This document shows, piece by piece, positions 13,643 to 26,510 of a stretch of 64,000 bases of DNA. This DNA is from Amphiscolops sp. MND2022 (Eukaryota): positions 43,092,001 to 43,156,000 of the forward strand of contig OZ076409.1 in assembly GCA_964187785.1 (NCBI GenBank), in the 5' to 3' direction. How positions within the stretch are numbered: the stretch's first letter is position 1; the number at the start of each line of letters is the position of its first letter. A program made the position numbers and the translations under genes. Under the pieces are notes generated by a model. It ran no database searches, had not been told where the DNA came from, and saw only the letters and a list, made by a program, of their open reading frames with translations.

Positions 13643-14630
13643 AGGTTGCCTGGACAGGAAACCAAAGTCTAACTACAAGCCTAGACATCAGTTTTTTGCC
13701 CAAAAGTGGTCTCCTAGGGAATTTTTCTTGCGTCAAGGAGACTCCTCTATTTAGAGCTCTGAGGCGACGTGCTGCGGTACTGCTAAAGTCTGAACCCGTC
13801 CCACAAGCCTACAAAAACAACTCTTAAGGTTCCTGCGACTTCCTACATGCTTCCGAGGTCCAAAAACAACAGTTCGTCAAAATGCATTTTATTATCGGAA
13901 TAAGATCTAAAATAGGAACATAGCAGGTCAAACGTCATCATACCTCGGAAAATCTGCACTGACAATATGGGATAATTACAAATAGAGCACCGATGACCGA
14001 AATTCAGCGAATTAGGTATATTGGTCATAGTCGGTTTGAGAGTTGCCAGTCTTCTTTCAGGTTTTTCTGCATTCTTCTCACGGAATTCTTCTTTCTTTTC
14101 TTTGACACGTTTTCTTTGACGCTTTCCTTTGACACACTGTTACAGGTAACTTCTGAACTGTTTTCCGGGTCTTTTCTTCCATTCGTCGTTTTCTCAGTCG
14201 AGGGTGGCGAGGTGTGTGTTTTCTTCCTTCAGCGCTTCTTGACTGATTTTCAGGTACCTGCCAGGTCGAGCATGTTTACACTTCGGTTTTTCAAAAATTC
14301 GAACAGTTCCACCAAGCTGGTGGATGTTACATCACGTCACACAGAGCTTCAGCGTCTAAGTAACCGACTATGGATCTCTAAATGGCCATGTTTCCAAAGA
14401 ACAATTTCCAATCGCCTTTGCATAGGTCGCCTGGACAGGAGACCATTGTCTAACTACAAGCCTAGACATCAGTTTGTTGCCCAAAAGTGGTCTCCTATGG
14501 GTTTTTTCTATCGTCAAGTTAGAGCTCCGAGGGGACGTATTGGCTCACTCAAAGTCCAGAAACGTCTCAGAATGTAAAAACGGTTCCTAGCATTCCTGAG
14601 ACTTCTTACATACTACCGAGGTCCAAAAAT
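13643..14630. repeat. Diverged ~220-bp direct repeat pair (~13643-13870 and ~14423-14630)
   Basis: Shared blocks GCCTGGACAGGA, GTCTAACTACAAGCCTAGACATCAGTTT, TTGCCCAAAAGTGGTCTCCTA and CCGAGGTCCAAAAA. Confidence 0.8.
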
Positions 14631-17600
14631 AGCAATTAGTTGGAATGCAATTTGTTGGGTAAGAACGCTGACGAAATGGGTTCTAACAGATCATACATCT
14701 TCAATAACCTGGAAGTTCGTATAAATATACTGAAATATGTCGAGACCCGTAATGTCCACTTTTTTGTTCATTTGTTCAACAAATTGAACTACGGAGGTTC
14801 AAAACATCAAACCCTTCGCAACCTCATAACCTCGTCCAAAACAAAAAGGAACAAAAGCAACGTCCAGGACCTCGAAAATATGCTAAGGATCCCCTCTGGC
14901 TATCTTGGTGTTTTTGACCAAGAGTTTTTTCGGCACTATGCAACTTTTTCGAAAATTTTTGCACCAAAGGGTTCCCCATCATTTGTTCTGATATTTTGCA
15001 ACAAACTGGAGTTTCAAAAAGCCCAAAGGGTCCCCCGTTTACAATTTTAAAAACTTTGCACTTTTTGAGCCTTAGATATAACGACGACTTTTCCCTGCTT
15101 GTTATTTTCTGCGGTACTTAGAAATTTTGGTAAGTTTCTAGCAGGTGTTGTTTGTCACCAAACTGGTGGCGTTACAGTTAATAAAAAAACCCCGTAGGCT
15201 GGTAAACGTTTTTCTGAGGCAAATTAGTCCTTTTGCAGGTGGTTTAAAGTTTTTTCTCCAGGGCATCAGTTTTAAAGTTCATCTAGCTATGTCCATGCAT
15301 GGGTCATGTATGGCCATGCATGGAATCTGTGAAAGTATCTTGCCCATGCATGAGACGGGATGGGATGTCAGCAGGTGCATTGCCTGTTAATGGGCTTGAA
15401 AGGTGTAACTACAAAGATGATGGATGAAATGACCTTCACGATATAAATAAAGAATTGAGTCTTTGCCAGATCTGATGAATTGTCACGATAATACTCAATT
15501 TCATCAAATAAAGCTTCAGTCGGAAAATCGTTAAGTCGCTACTTGAAGCACTTGCGCAGATTTCCCCAAAGGTTTTATAAGGATATGGTTTGGAAGAAAT
15601 TCAATAAAAGCAGAAGTAATGGCGACTTTTTGCTAATTTGATGCTGTCAAAGTTTCAGACTGAGGGGCGTGAATTTTGCAAGATATTGAATTTTCATCAA
15701 GATAGTTGTCAGCAAAAATTGCGTTGGAAATTGATTCGGAAATTAAACAACGTTTTCCTGAGAGTAGTTGCACCAAAGATGTCGCCGTGAAATGTGAGAC
15801 ATTGTGTTGAAATTCTACCTGCAAAGGTTGGAGAAGTCTTGAACGTACATCATTTTTTGACACCAACGGATTTTTTGGATTTCGACATAGACAATACCGT
15901 AGCAACTGCTTCCATCATCGGCTCCAAAAAAATAGAATCCACATTGATAAGGCTTCAATTAAATGGCTGAGAATGACTAAGGAATCCAATTTGACCAACA
16001 ACATTTTGAAACGAACTTTTTGACCCGTTCAATAGGAAGAATTCTCAAATTCAATTTTATTTTCAATTTAACATTTTACATTTTAACAGACAATTCTCAT
16101 CACGCTAGATCCTTTTAATCTTGAATATCGGTCTGCGACATAGCATAAAATTCTTCTATTTAGTTCATTTCCGTTCGAGAATACACAAAATTTTAACAAG
16201 TTTGCTGGTTATTTCAATCGTAAAATTCTTTGCGAAATTGAATCAAGCTTACCGAACCATTCTAAAACCCTCTGACTATAATTGATCAAGCAAAATTCAT
16301 TTTATGTGAAAGCGACAATAATTTTCTGGCTTATAATGGTCTTATTTTGATATATAATACAGGGAAGTAACCATACAATGCTTTTGCATGGTTGAAAAAA
16401 CGGGAAAGGACATTTTTTCATGACAGTTGTTTTGTTAGTTTGTTCGAACATAAAATGTTGTTGATGTATGCATCATTTAACATCTGAATGCGTCTTTGCT
16501 CGGGAAAAATCATGAGATCAGATATCAATCACTTGGCTCTCGGGAAACATTGACTATATTATGTCTGCCACTCGAGGTATCATGTTCTCTACGTCATGAA
16601 GTGGCGTCGAGCAAACATTTTTTTTTGTATTCAAAGTCAACTGCAAAAATAAGGAAAAAATTGACATTCGAGATTTCATTTTAAAAATGGACTGCTAATG
16701 TTTGTCACTACGTCATGAAATCAAAGTTCTGTTCATATTTACAATTGTTTTTATGGAAAGTTGTGAATTTTTTATACAAAAGACCAAAATCTTACAAAGT
16801 TTCGCTCTAATTCTTTTTTTTCAGCGTTGCTATTGCCTTTTGTCCTTCTAATACACTGTCTGGTTTTTGAAAAAGATGCAGACGAAAATTTTTAGGAGCC
16901 GCAGTGGCACTACAATTCGTATGTTGTGCTAATATGACTTTGGAAAAAACTCAGACGATTTCCAGCCTCAATTGATTGACAATAAACATCGGAATGTTTT
17001 AGAGCATCGGACGTTTCTACTGATCTGAAAATTAGTTCAAGGACTTACAGATACAGAATTCCAAAAAAGTCATCCCAAAATCCAATATTGTTTGAGAATA
17101 ACATTTAGGAACTTCTGGTATTCCCTCTACCTTTGCGAGAAATAAAACTTTTTAGTTTAACTCGAATTCCCATACTCCTGTTTTTCCGGTGCCATCACAT
17201 GGCAGATAAACTCCCTTTAACCTCTTGGTCAAGTTGAAAGCACTTTCTAGCTTTCCATCAGCATCTAGTAGCAATTAGTAGAAACATGTGGAAAAATTTC
17301 AAAACTAAAACAGGAAATTTGTTGCAACAGAAAAAGAACAAACCGGGAACGGCTCAAGTCGGCGCCCGCTAATGGTTCAAAAAAATAAACTTTTTTATAT
17401 ATGCAAAAGTACATTTTTGTTAAAAGTTCATCATTTTTATAGTGCCAAATTATACCTCAAGGGATACGCATAAGACACGAAAATCACTTTTTGCACAACT
17501 GACGACAACAAAACCTCTCAAAAAAGAAAAATTGAGGAAAAAGTTTTTTTGAAGTCTCCGGTAAGTCTCATAGTGCCGAAAAAAAAACCTACGTCCTTCT

Positions 17601-18794
17601 GCTTCGCTGACCTCAAAAAATCCTGATTAACCTCTATGTCTAGTGGCAGTGGAAGTTACGAATTTAGACTAAAAATAAAAAACCTAGAATTTCAAGGGGA
17701 TTGCATGAAAAAAAATTATAGCAACGTTCACCGCTGGATTTAAAATAGAAATTACTTGTTGCCGACACGCTGTTACCGACAAGATATTTTTGTTCCCACA
17801 GCTTTTTTCGCCATTTCTTGCACAGCACGCTGAATTCCAAATTTATAGTGTAACTGAAGTGTAAGGAGTAAGATCCACATTTTCCCTAAAGTCAAAAGCG
17901 TCTCCTGAGACCTTGTTTATAAATTTCGCATTTGACTCTTTCCAATTTTTACTAACACCTAGGTTATCTATGGACGTCCTTGTCCCAGTGCCGTTGGGCA
18001 CCAAAGGTATGCTCCCATTTATGTTTTGTATTTCTGGGATCACCCTATCATTAACTGAAATGAGCCTATTAATTTTTGTTTGCATCAGGCTCATCCATTT
18101 CGTGAGATTACCTAAATATTTCAATAGACTGCAAGTCCGCCATGCCTGACATGGCCCTTTCTATTATCAATGTTTCTATTCTCATTTTCTTGAGACGAAT
18201 TTTCTCTGCTTGGTAAGGACTCCGAGTCCTGGTCTCTTCTGGTCCATTTATAACACTTTCTAGACAAAGTTTACTTTTCTCAACAAAGTTTACATTTCGG
18301 TCTCCTAGCATTGTATCCATGTCAAAATAACCGGACAGGATATCCATTTTTCTAGGATCTCCTTGCTTTAGCTTTTTGTCTCCTAGTAGAAGGCATGAAA
18401 GAGTACAGGAGGTAAATTCAAATATTCCTGTATTGTTACTGTAAACGTGCTTGTACTTATTAGAGATTCACGACGATAACAATAACGGTATCAAGGTTTT
18501 GAATGACTTGAGTGTCAATGCCGGGCTTATATACCTGATAGGGGATGACACTCAAAAGAGAAGTTTTCTTTAAACTCATCAAACTAACAATAGCAGCAAA
18601 GCTGAAAATGGTAACATGATTTCTAAAAACAGAACACTATCGTCTATTGTAGCATCATCTGTATGCAAATGTAACTATTAGGATGTACATGTTATTACAC
18701 GCACTATTTTAAAAAGATCGGCCGGAAAAGAGCCCGACTGGGAGCTGTTGCGCAATGCTGATACAGATTAAAGCTCTTTCTCCTTGCGCGTTTA

Positions 18795-19552
18795 CAGTAG
18801 CGTTCTAAAATATCGCAACTCCAATGCTTAAAATTGCAAATTTCAAATCCAAATTTCTTGAAAACTGTCACAAATACGAAAAAGTGTCAGCTAGGAAAGT
18901 TTCTTAGAATATTATCTAGTTTACAAAAATGTTTGTTTGAAATTTCTGCGACAAAAATTACAAAAGTTAGAAATTGGAAATTTCGACAAAATTTAATCAA
19001 ATTTGTACTTTTTCTGGATTTTCACAAAGTTGAAAATATGTTTTTGAAAAAATTTCAGTCCATCATTTGTCCCTAAATCTCCTGAGGATGCTGATATAAT
19101 TTGATCGATAAACTTTTTCGATTTCAAATAAAAATCATCAATTTTCTAAATACAATTCTTATAGCCTATCTTAATACATGTACTTCAGTGCTCATAGACA
19201 CAAAATATAGTGTATTTTATCTGATTCGAAAAAAATTCTTGATCAAAACAATTCAGTAGGTTCGGGAGATTATAGGAAGTTTCCCAATGAAAAAAATCCA
19301 AAAAACAATTATTCTAAGTTCCTCATTTTTCGAAAAAACTCAAATTTCAATTAAAATTTACCAAAATTTGCAATTTCTAACTTTTCTGGTAACGGTCGTA
19401 GAATTTTCAAACAAACATTTTTGTAAACTAGATAAAATTCTAAGAAACTTTCCAAACTGGCAAAACTTTGTATTCGTGACAGTTTATGAGATATTTGGTT
19501 TTGAATTTTGCCATTTTATGCTATGAGGTTGCGATATTTTAGAACGCTACTG
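18795..19552. mobile_element. Tc1/mariner-type MITE, 758 bp, with long imperfect TIRs
   Basis: CAGTAGCGTTCTAAAATATCGCAAC ... GTTGCGATATTTTAGAACGCTACTG; TA TSD at 18793-18794 and 19553-19554; inverted similarity continues ~230 bp inward. Confidence 0.9.
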
Positions 19553-21384
19553 TACTTAAACAAGGCTCCTCTGACAGTAGTGGCATAAATGTATTTACAG
19601 GTTGCTTCTTCAATAAATATAATAGGCTGAATAACTGCATCATTTTGCAAAATAATTGGACACAAGGTCCGACTAGGCCGCATTGCCTCACTCAGCCATT
19701 TATTGATTACTAGTATATAGCGTCAATATGATGAGTGAGTATACACTTGTGAACGCTAAGTTGTGATTGGATGATATGTCGTTGCCGGCCACGTTAGCTA
19801 TACTGAACAGTCAGATATTCGAACGCTTTTCACTTCTGCTTGTTAGTAAAGCTTTGCTGGCAAATAAATAACCAACAAAATCATGTAAATGAAGTTTACT
19901 TATCCAAAAATAAGTTTTAAAAACGTTTTAGGCATGTCAGTTTGTACTACAAGAGTAGTCCCAAGTAGGGCAGTTTCCCTAAAACGGTCAATCGTATAGA
20001 GGTTGCCATCGCAGTCGGCAGACTGCGACATGAATTTTCAGGTAACTTGGAAGAAGTCAAGTCGAAAATAGCTTGGGATATTGATAGCTGGAAATTTTAG
20101 GTCAAAGCTTTTTAAGATCATAATGAAGGTTCTTCGTAACCAATCGAAATGGTAATGTAATTTTAATCAAGGCGAGCTTTGGATGCTATTCTGAGGGCAT
20201 CGCTTCATCACTCTCTATCTTAAATTAGTAGTCAAGTACTCTCAGGTAGTTTGATTTCACTCAAACCAGCAAACAACCCCCTCTTTGTTTTTAACTATCA
20301 ACAACTATCATTCAAGGAAGTAGAGAATTTGGAAGCAGAGTTGTTTTTTGTCGGCGCTCTTGAAGAAAAGTTCCCGAATCTTACGGTCGGTAGTTTTTTC
20401 TACGTGTGAGGTCCACTGTTTTGTTCATTTGTTCAACATGTTGAACTGCGAGTGATCAAAACATACTCGAAACATTAGAACCTCGTCCGAAACAAAAACA
20501 ATACCGACTTCCAGAACCTCGAAAACATATTAAAAATCTCCCCTTGGCTGTATTGGTGTTTTTTACTTCAATTGTTTTCTGCACAATGAGACTTTTTTCA
20601 AAAATTTTTGGATTGTACCGAAGCGTCTCAATTTTTAAAATTCTTTGCAACAGAACGGATGTTAAGTGATTCAAAGGATTCCCCGTTTTCCATTTCACGG
20701 CACTGTGACACTGTTTAAAAATTTCATTTTTGATTTTTTTTTCGAAAAATATTCAATGTCTCCAAGTTGTCTCCCTTCACTTTTTTCGATATTTTACAAC
20801 AAACTGGATTTCCAAAAAGCCCAAAGGATCTCCCCTTCTACAATTTTCGGCATGGGGAGATTTTTGAAATTAGATATTTTTCGTTTTTAAATTTGGTTTT
20901 CCCTGTGAACAAACACGCTCCTTCTAAATTTGTGAATGAATTCTCATGACCGCTGTTTTTTCGGCACTATGCGATTTTTTTTTCAATTGGTTTCCATCGA
21001 AGCCCTCTCGACTTTTACTAAAATCGAAAAGTGTTGCGGGCATAGAGGACTCCTTAAGGTTTTCAGCACTATGCGACACTTTCTGAACGTTGGGTTTCCG
21101 GTTGGGTGGAAAGTGGTTTCCGAGTCTTATCGAGCATGAAAGGCACCCTCTCTCGAAATTGTTTTCTGAGCTTTTCATAAAAACGTCCTTCCTGGCATGT
21201 TTTAAAAACTTTGCGCTTTTTGAGCCTTAGATATAGCGCCGACTTAAGACGCTATCGTTCCCCAATTATTGTATCATCAGTTTTGATACCCATGTTCAGT
21301 TTGCGAACAAAAACAAAACGCGGTCAATCGAGAAAGAAAAATATTCTTCTTGTAAACTTTACATTAGCGTCAGGTTTTATTCAC

Positions 21385-24300
21385 TGTAAGATTTTTAGTT
21401 TTCCAGTAGCTTTAACTATTTGTTGAGAATAGCTCCACTACAACTCAATTAAACCCGTAGGTACCATGCACGAGACAAGGACTGGCTGAGTATCTACATA
21501 AATTTTTATTAACTCCGAAGAAGAGACGAATCAACTTAATCGAAGGCGGTGGGGGTAAGTGTGACAAGGAAATCACGATCTTTACAACTTTGCTATTTTT
21601 CCCTCTTTCAGGGGTTTGTCTCGCTACTCTTGGACTGTTTGAAATTATCTTTTCGCTGATGAAAAGAAGCAGGTTGAACTTTAATTACTATACATCAAAT
21701 AAATAAGTCGAGTAATAGACACAAATACAATTTCACATCCACGAATAATAGAATGAATAATATGATAACATCGATAATAGCGGAGAATATTACTGAGTAT
21801 ATTAGCAGGCATATTAGGAGGCATATAACACAAGAGAACAGTAAACAAGAATTTCAGCAAGGTTAAGTTTTTTTTGTATCCGTAAGGATGGGGGTGATAT
21901 CGAAGATATCGGAAGAATCAACTCGCCGCAAAATCTCTATCGGTCTTGGAGTGAAAACAACAATCCGTGTATTATCAGCCCACTTAGGCTCAACCGTGTA
22001 TTCTCAGCCCACTTAGGCTCAACCGTGTATTATCAGCCCACTTAGGCTTAAACCGTGTATTGTCAGCCCACTCAGGCTCTTTTACATGTAATACGATAGA
22101 CCAGCAGTCCACCCTACTCCCGGGTCGAAATCCGTACTAGCGAAAAGCGGGGTAGCAACAAATCAGGCAACTTCAGGTTGTTAGGCTGAAGGCACGGGCT
22201 AACCGGCCAGACGAAGTAAATCTGCAATTTCGATAGTCCGGCGTCTGATGCGGGATGCTATCGGACGCAAAGCAGCAAACCGTTCTCTAGATTTCAACTC
22301 ACTTTGTGTGTCGCTAAAATGGCGCACACTTCGGCCTAAGTTACTTTTTCGGCAGTTTAGTCATATCATTATTCATAGTTTATCATCTTTCCTTTTTCGG
22401 GTTCTGACTAAGTGTTGAGCAATACAGTTTTTTCCTACTTCGGTACTGAAAGTTCATTAGAAGTACATTTTCTCAGCACGAGTCGGTCCTAGTTCCACCT
22501 CCTTGTCAATCATGACTGATGGTTTTACTTCGTTTTCAATAGAATTTAAGGGGTGGTGCTACTGACTCAGTGTTTCCCACTTTTGTAAGCACGACTTGAA
22601 CTTCGGCTTACTGATTGACATTTGCACCTTTTGCCAGGTCTCTTTTTCTCACGAGGTTCCTGACAACTCGCTCCAGCTAAATCTGGCTGAAGGAAATAAT
22701 TTTCTACAATTTACAATGACCTAAAAGGCGATTTTAATTCATATCTTGAAAAGTCGATTTTCGTGTTACCACTTTTAAGGGCAAAAACTAAATATTCCGA
22801 TCACGGGGGGCAAAAACCAAGTACCCCATTTGAAAGTATAATTCAAGGGCTACAAAAGTTTACTCCATAGTTTTCTTTCTATTTCAACTCCTTCATAGTG
22901 AAAAACGCCTTTAAAATTTGGTAGTCAAAAATCATCCATCGGTTTTCACGCAAATCTCAACTTTGGAGTGCTAGTACTCAGTCAATTTGAAAGATACAGG
23001 CTGGGGGCTTATATACATCGTTAGCCCAAGCCATTAGGAGTATTTTGCATTTTAGATGAGGTCTCTATCTTTTCTCAACAAAATTTGATAGTACTTTTTC
23101 TGAAAGTAGTCATTTTCCCGATTTTTATGTCTGGACTTTCAACTTTGGAGGCCAATATCTCGAAACCAGGTCATTTTTCGGAAAAACGCTTCTGCTAAAC
23201 GCTGTGCGCCTGGGTCTTGTGCGTCTACCCTGAAAGTTTCAGTTCGATATCGCCCAAAACGTGCGGCGGGGGGGGGTTTCGCATTTTGGTAGGTCGACAT
23301 CCCTATCGGCAGAAAGAAATCACAACTTTAAATTCTTGGGGGTTCTTCGCTAGCGCGCCGCAGCACTCTATTTATTATTCTATTCACTCCTCCACTTCAA
23401 TTCTCAAGTACGCTGTGAAGGGGGCGGCTATTGTGCGCTTACTCGTTGAGTACTAAGCGATAACATGTGAAAAACGGCTTTTTAGGCCATTTTAGGGCTG
23501 TTTTTAACGTTTGCTGGCTCAGTTCTCAAAAACTACTGAATATTATTTATTTTCCAATTAACACAAGTTAGGGCATCCATTTATCTTTAATTTAAGCCAT
23601 ATCCGAACATTTTTTGACAACTGTAGCGATCACACGAAATTTTTAAAGGAAACTCAATTTTGGAAAATCGTCAAAATTTTATATGCACTTATTTTCAAAG
23701 CTTCCCCCCGATATGTTCCCGGGGTCGCACAACGCTCATATTCTCAACTTAAGCTCTCCTGTGGATGGGCTTTCGAATGTTGAAAACCGTTTGTTGCTAT
23801 CTTTTTTCATCTTCGAGAAATCGGGTTTTGATTTTTAATTTCTATTAAGAGGGGGGATTAATTCAAAGTGTGCGGCGGCCGTTTTCTTATTAGCTACGCG
23901 TACAGCCACTCACAGCGGGTTCTAATTTTCATTCCTTTCGCTTTCTGACACGCTTAGGTGAGTTGCATTCTATGCTGTTCACGCACACGGCGGAGTTTTC
24001 ACTCTTGCTTACCCTCAAACACATGTATTAACATAACAATTTGACTAAATTTCTATTCACAGTATTTTATGACTTCTAATGCTTTTTCTGTGGAAATTCG
24101 TTACTGAAAAGTTCCTAAATGTTTACTCAACACGTAGTCAGGTCAGAAAGGAACATTTTGGTGGTTTAATTTTTCTTATATTCGCAATAGGTATTGAGAA
24201 ATTCAATGTTAAAGTTTCGTTCCGAATAGAATTTTGTTACATAGGTCTGAGTGGTGGCGGCCGTCTCACTGCATTAATACGTTGCGCGGTCGCTTCATTG

Positions 24301-24493
24301 TAGCTAAGAATAGTTATTTTGGTTGTCAACGGGACTAAAGACAATATTATTGACATTAAACAATAGTGTGAGGTACTTGAGGTACTTATTGTAATCTTTA
24401 CTTTTATACGATATCACCCCGTAAAATCTACCTTGCTGATGAACTAAAATTTAATAAACACCAAATCATGAGCGAAAAGTCAAAAATCCTACA
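21385..24493 (-). repeat. 3' LTR (3109 bp)
   Basis: TGTAAGATTT...AATCCTACA on the plus strand; direct repeat of 32338-35324; adjoins the PPT; has 119 bp (23341-23459) absent from the other LTR. Confidence 0.97.
21965..22079. repeat. 4 x 29-bp tandem repeat inside the LTR (second copy at 32918-33032)
   Basis: Unit CCGTGTATTATCAGCCCACTTAGGCTCAA starting at 21965, 21994, 22023 and 22053, with no unique spacers. Confidence 0.92.
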
Positions 24494-24502
24494 TTCCCCC
24501 CC
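24494..24502 (-). promoter_or_regulatory. Polypurine tract (PPT)
   Basis: Minus-strand GGGGGGGAA immediately 5' of the TGTAGG start of the 3' LTR. Confidence 0.85.
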
Positions 24503-24882
24503 ACTTGGAATACTACTCTCCTGAGTAGTTGGTTTATTCAAATTTTATTCCTTTAGTAGGGGCGTTCTGATTCGTTAATTCTGGTCCAGCCAGGTTGTAA
24601 TGTAGCCTTGTTTCATCAACTTAATCTCTTTTATTTTGTAAACAAGTGCTTGAAATACAATGATATTAATATTAAAATCACTTTACACTCTTTTAACAAT
24701 CCTCTTAATTAAATACAAATCTATTATACCACTTAAATCACATTAATTTCATCAAAATTTTCCATTCTCTCACACAATTTGTATCCCTTTTCTATCCATT
24801 ATAAGATTTTGGGAGTGAAGTGTGGTCAATTTTGAAACAATCTCTTTTCTGTTATAACTAAATTCTTTACTGACTGGATTTC

Positions 24883-25452
24883 TTAGTTCATTCTCCTAAG
24901 TTTTAATATTTCAATATTTAATTCAATTTTCTGTCCAAGCAAGGAAAATATAGTTTTCGAGCTTTTCTTTGGGGCAAATAAATACAGGGGGGGTTTAATG
25001 GTTACGGATTTAATCTGGATACAATTATTCATTGTGAAAAGATTCGTCTCACGTGTAGGATTCCGTACTAGCGCTGGCAAGCTTTCTTCACACAAAATAT
25101 CCTTCGGATCATCTCGGGACATCTTGTCATCTCGTTGGTAGGGAGAGTGTGGAACTTCGTCGACGGCAATGCTGCTGAGGTCGAGGCACACATCTTTGTC
25201 CAAAGTTCGCACAATTGTTGGTTGTTCTTTCAATCGACATATATAACATCCCACACAATATTAACACACCCCAAAATTGTGATACTTCATTGAAGAGGAA
25301 TACTTTTCACTTTTCTGAATAGCAGTCGAAGAGAAGTAGACTACTTCGCTGAGTTTACCTGAGACAGGTTGCAGAGTCAATACAACGGAATAAACGTGCA
25401 ATCTCCCTTCGCAAGTCATTCGTGGCAAGAACTCTGTGTGACCGGTACTCAA
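24883..25452 (-). pseudogene. Possible degraded accessory ORF between pol and the 3' LTR
   Basis: ORFs 25261-25452 and 24883-25254 are in the same frame, split by one TAA (25261-25263). Read-through gives ~190 codons with C*YCVGCYIC (CxxCxxCxxC-like). Confidence 0.35.
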
Positions 25453-26037
25453 ATATCGCCATGAAGGGGAGATAATCTCTCTTCGGGATCTTCTTCAGTT
25501 AACGTACCGAGACTTGGTTAGCGATATTGTTTTGACATGTCATTTCTGCGATTTCGTAGTTACGAAAGGTCATTCGCGCGAACCTAGGCGGACAATCCTC
25601 ATCGCTGGTTCCAAACGAGTTCTTACTTTTCACGCCGGTACCCGATTACGTCAACACAAATACTACATTTACATAATCTTCCGACTATACTAGCGAGTCC
25701 AATGATTTAATCACGGGAAAAAAATTCCGGACAACACAACACATAGACATATAGAGGTTAAATACGGTTTTTTTGTAAGTCAATCGAATTGATTGTAGGG
25801 ACAATGACTACAATTTTCCAATTCTGGCGACTGAGGCAATTAGGTTAAGGCAAAACTAAATGAAGGAGAGCCGGTAGCGACACGGATGACATTACTTTTC
25901 GAACTCATCACCTCATGATTGACGGTCCGAGCTTACAAGTAATTCGATTAGTCATGCTCGCGAACGGCTAATCGAATGATGAGCTTCACTACTTCGGATG
26001 ACTCAACTCACCTGACCATCACCCGAAGACATTAATG

Positions 26038-26510
26038 TTATTTTGGCTTTACCACGTACTCGTCTATGCCGAAGCGCACTGGCGGTCGACGATTCCGTGT
26101 CGTTTCTATCATCAGCGAATCTGAACGTTCGCTTTTGTTGTCCTCATCTGAAGAAGGCGGGGTATTTCTACTCTCGTTTATTTCTGCATAAACAGGAAAT
26201 GATGATTCCTTTGACGGTTCGGGGACATCTATATACAAGGGATGATTAATCAGAGAAAACTCTTCGTCGTTTTCGGCGCTTATCACGCGGGGAACGTCAT
26301 GAAATGACACGTGCGGCCGGTTTTTTTGGCTTGGATTTCCGCCGAAGTAGGGCGGAACACATGATACGGTCTATTTTCGGTTTCTTGATCGGATGAATCG
26401 GATTCATCTGCGACTTCTTCATAACTCGGAAGCGTTTTTGTCGCCACTCGTTCGGATCGTTTCGGGAGGGATTCGCCAAGATACGGTTTAAGACGATTAA
26501 AATGGATATT
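26038..26510 (-). pseudogene. Disrupted C-terminal tail of Pol/integrase
   Basis: The frame continues past the TAA at 26511-26513 as NIHFNRLKPY, which normally follows the GPY/F motif. After a 1-nt shift at the A7 run (plus-strand T7, 26321-26327) it joins ORF 26038-26310, which ends RNRRPPVRFG as Gypsy integrase tails commonly do. Confidence 0.75.

Noticed and set aside
13993..14577. 194-aa plus-strand ORF
   Set aside because: Phe/Ser-rich low-complexity sequence that runs into a local repeat; no domain recognised, and the opposite strand has stops.
15420..15960. Possible BTB/BACK (kelch-like) pseudogene
   Set aside because: Only a vague resemblance, with stops in all frames.
17843..18347. 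Two overlapping minus-strand ORFs (93 and 79 aa), perhaps a gag-like remnant
   Set aside because: The composition looks coding, but I found no recognisable motif, PBS or paired LTR.
21965..22079. 29-bp repeats as a CRISPR array
   Set aside because: The units are contiguous with no unique spacers, lie inside a eukaryotic LTR, and no cas genes are present.
24079..24303. Identical 74-aa ORF in both LTRs (also 34910-35134)
   Set aside because: The identity follows from LTR duplication; the ORF is short, antisense to the element and has no motif.
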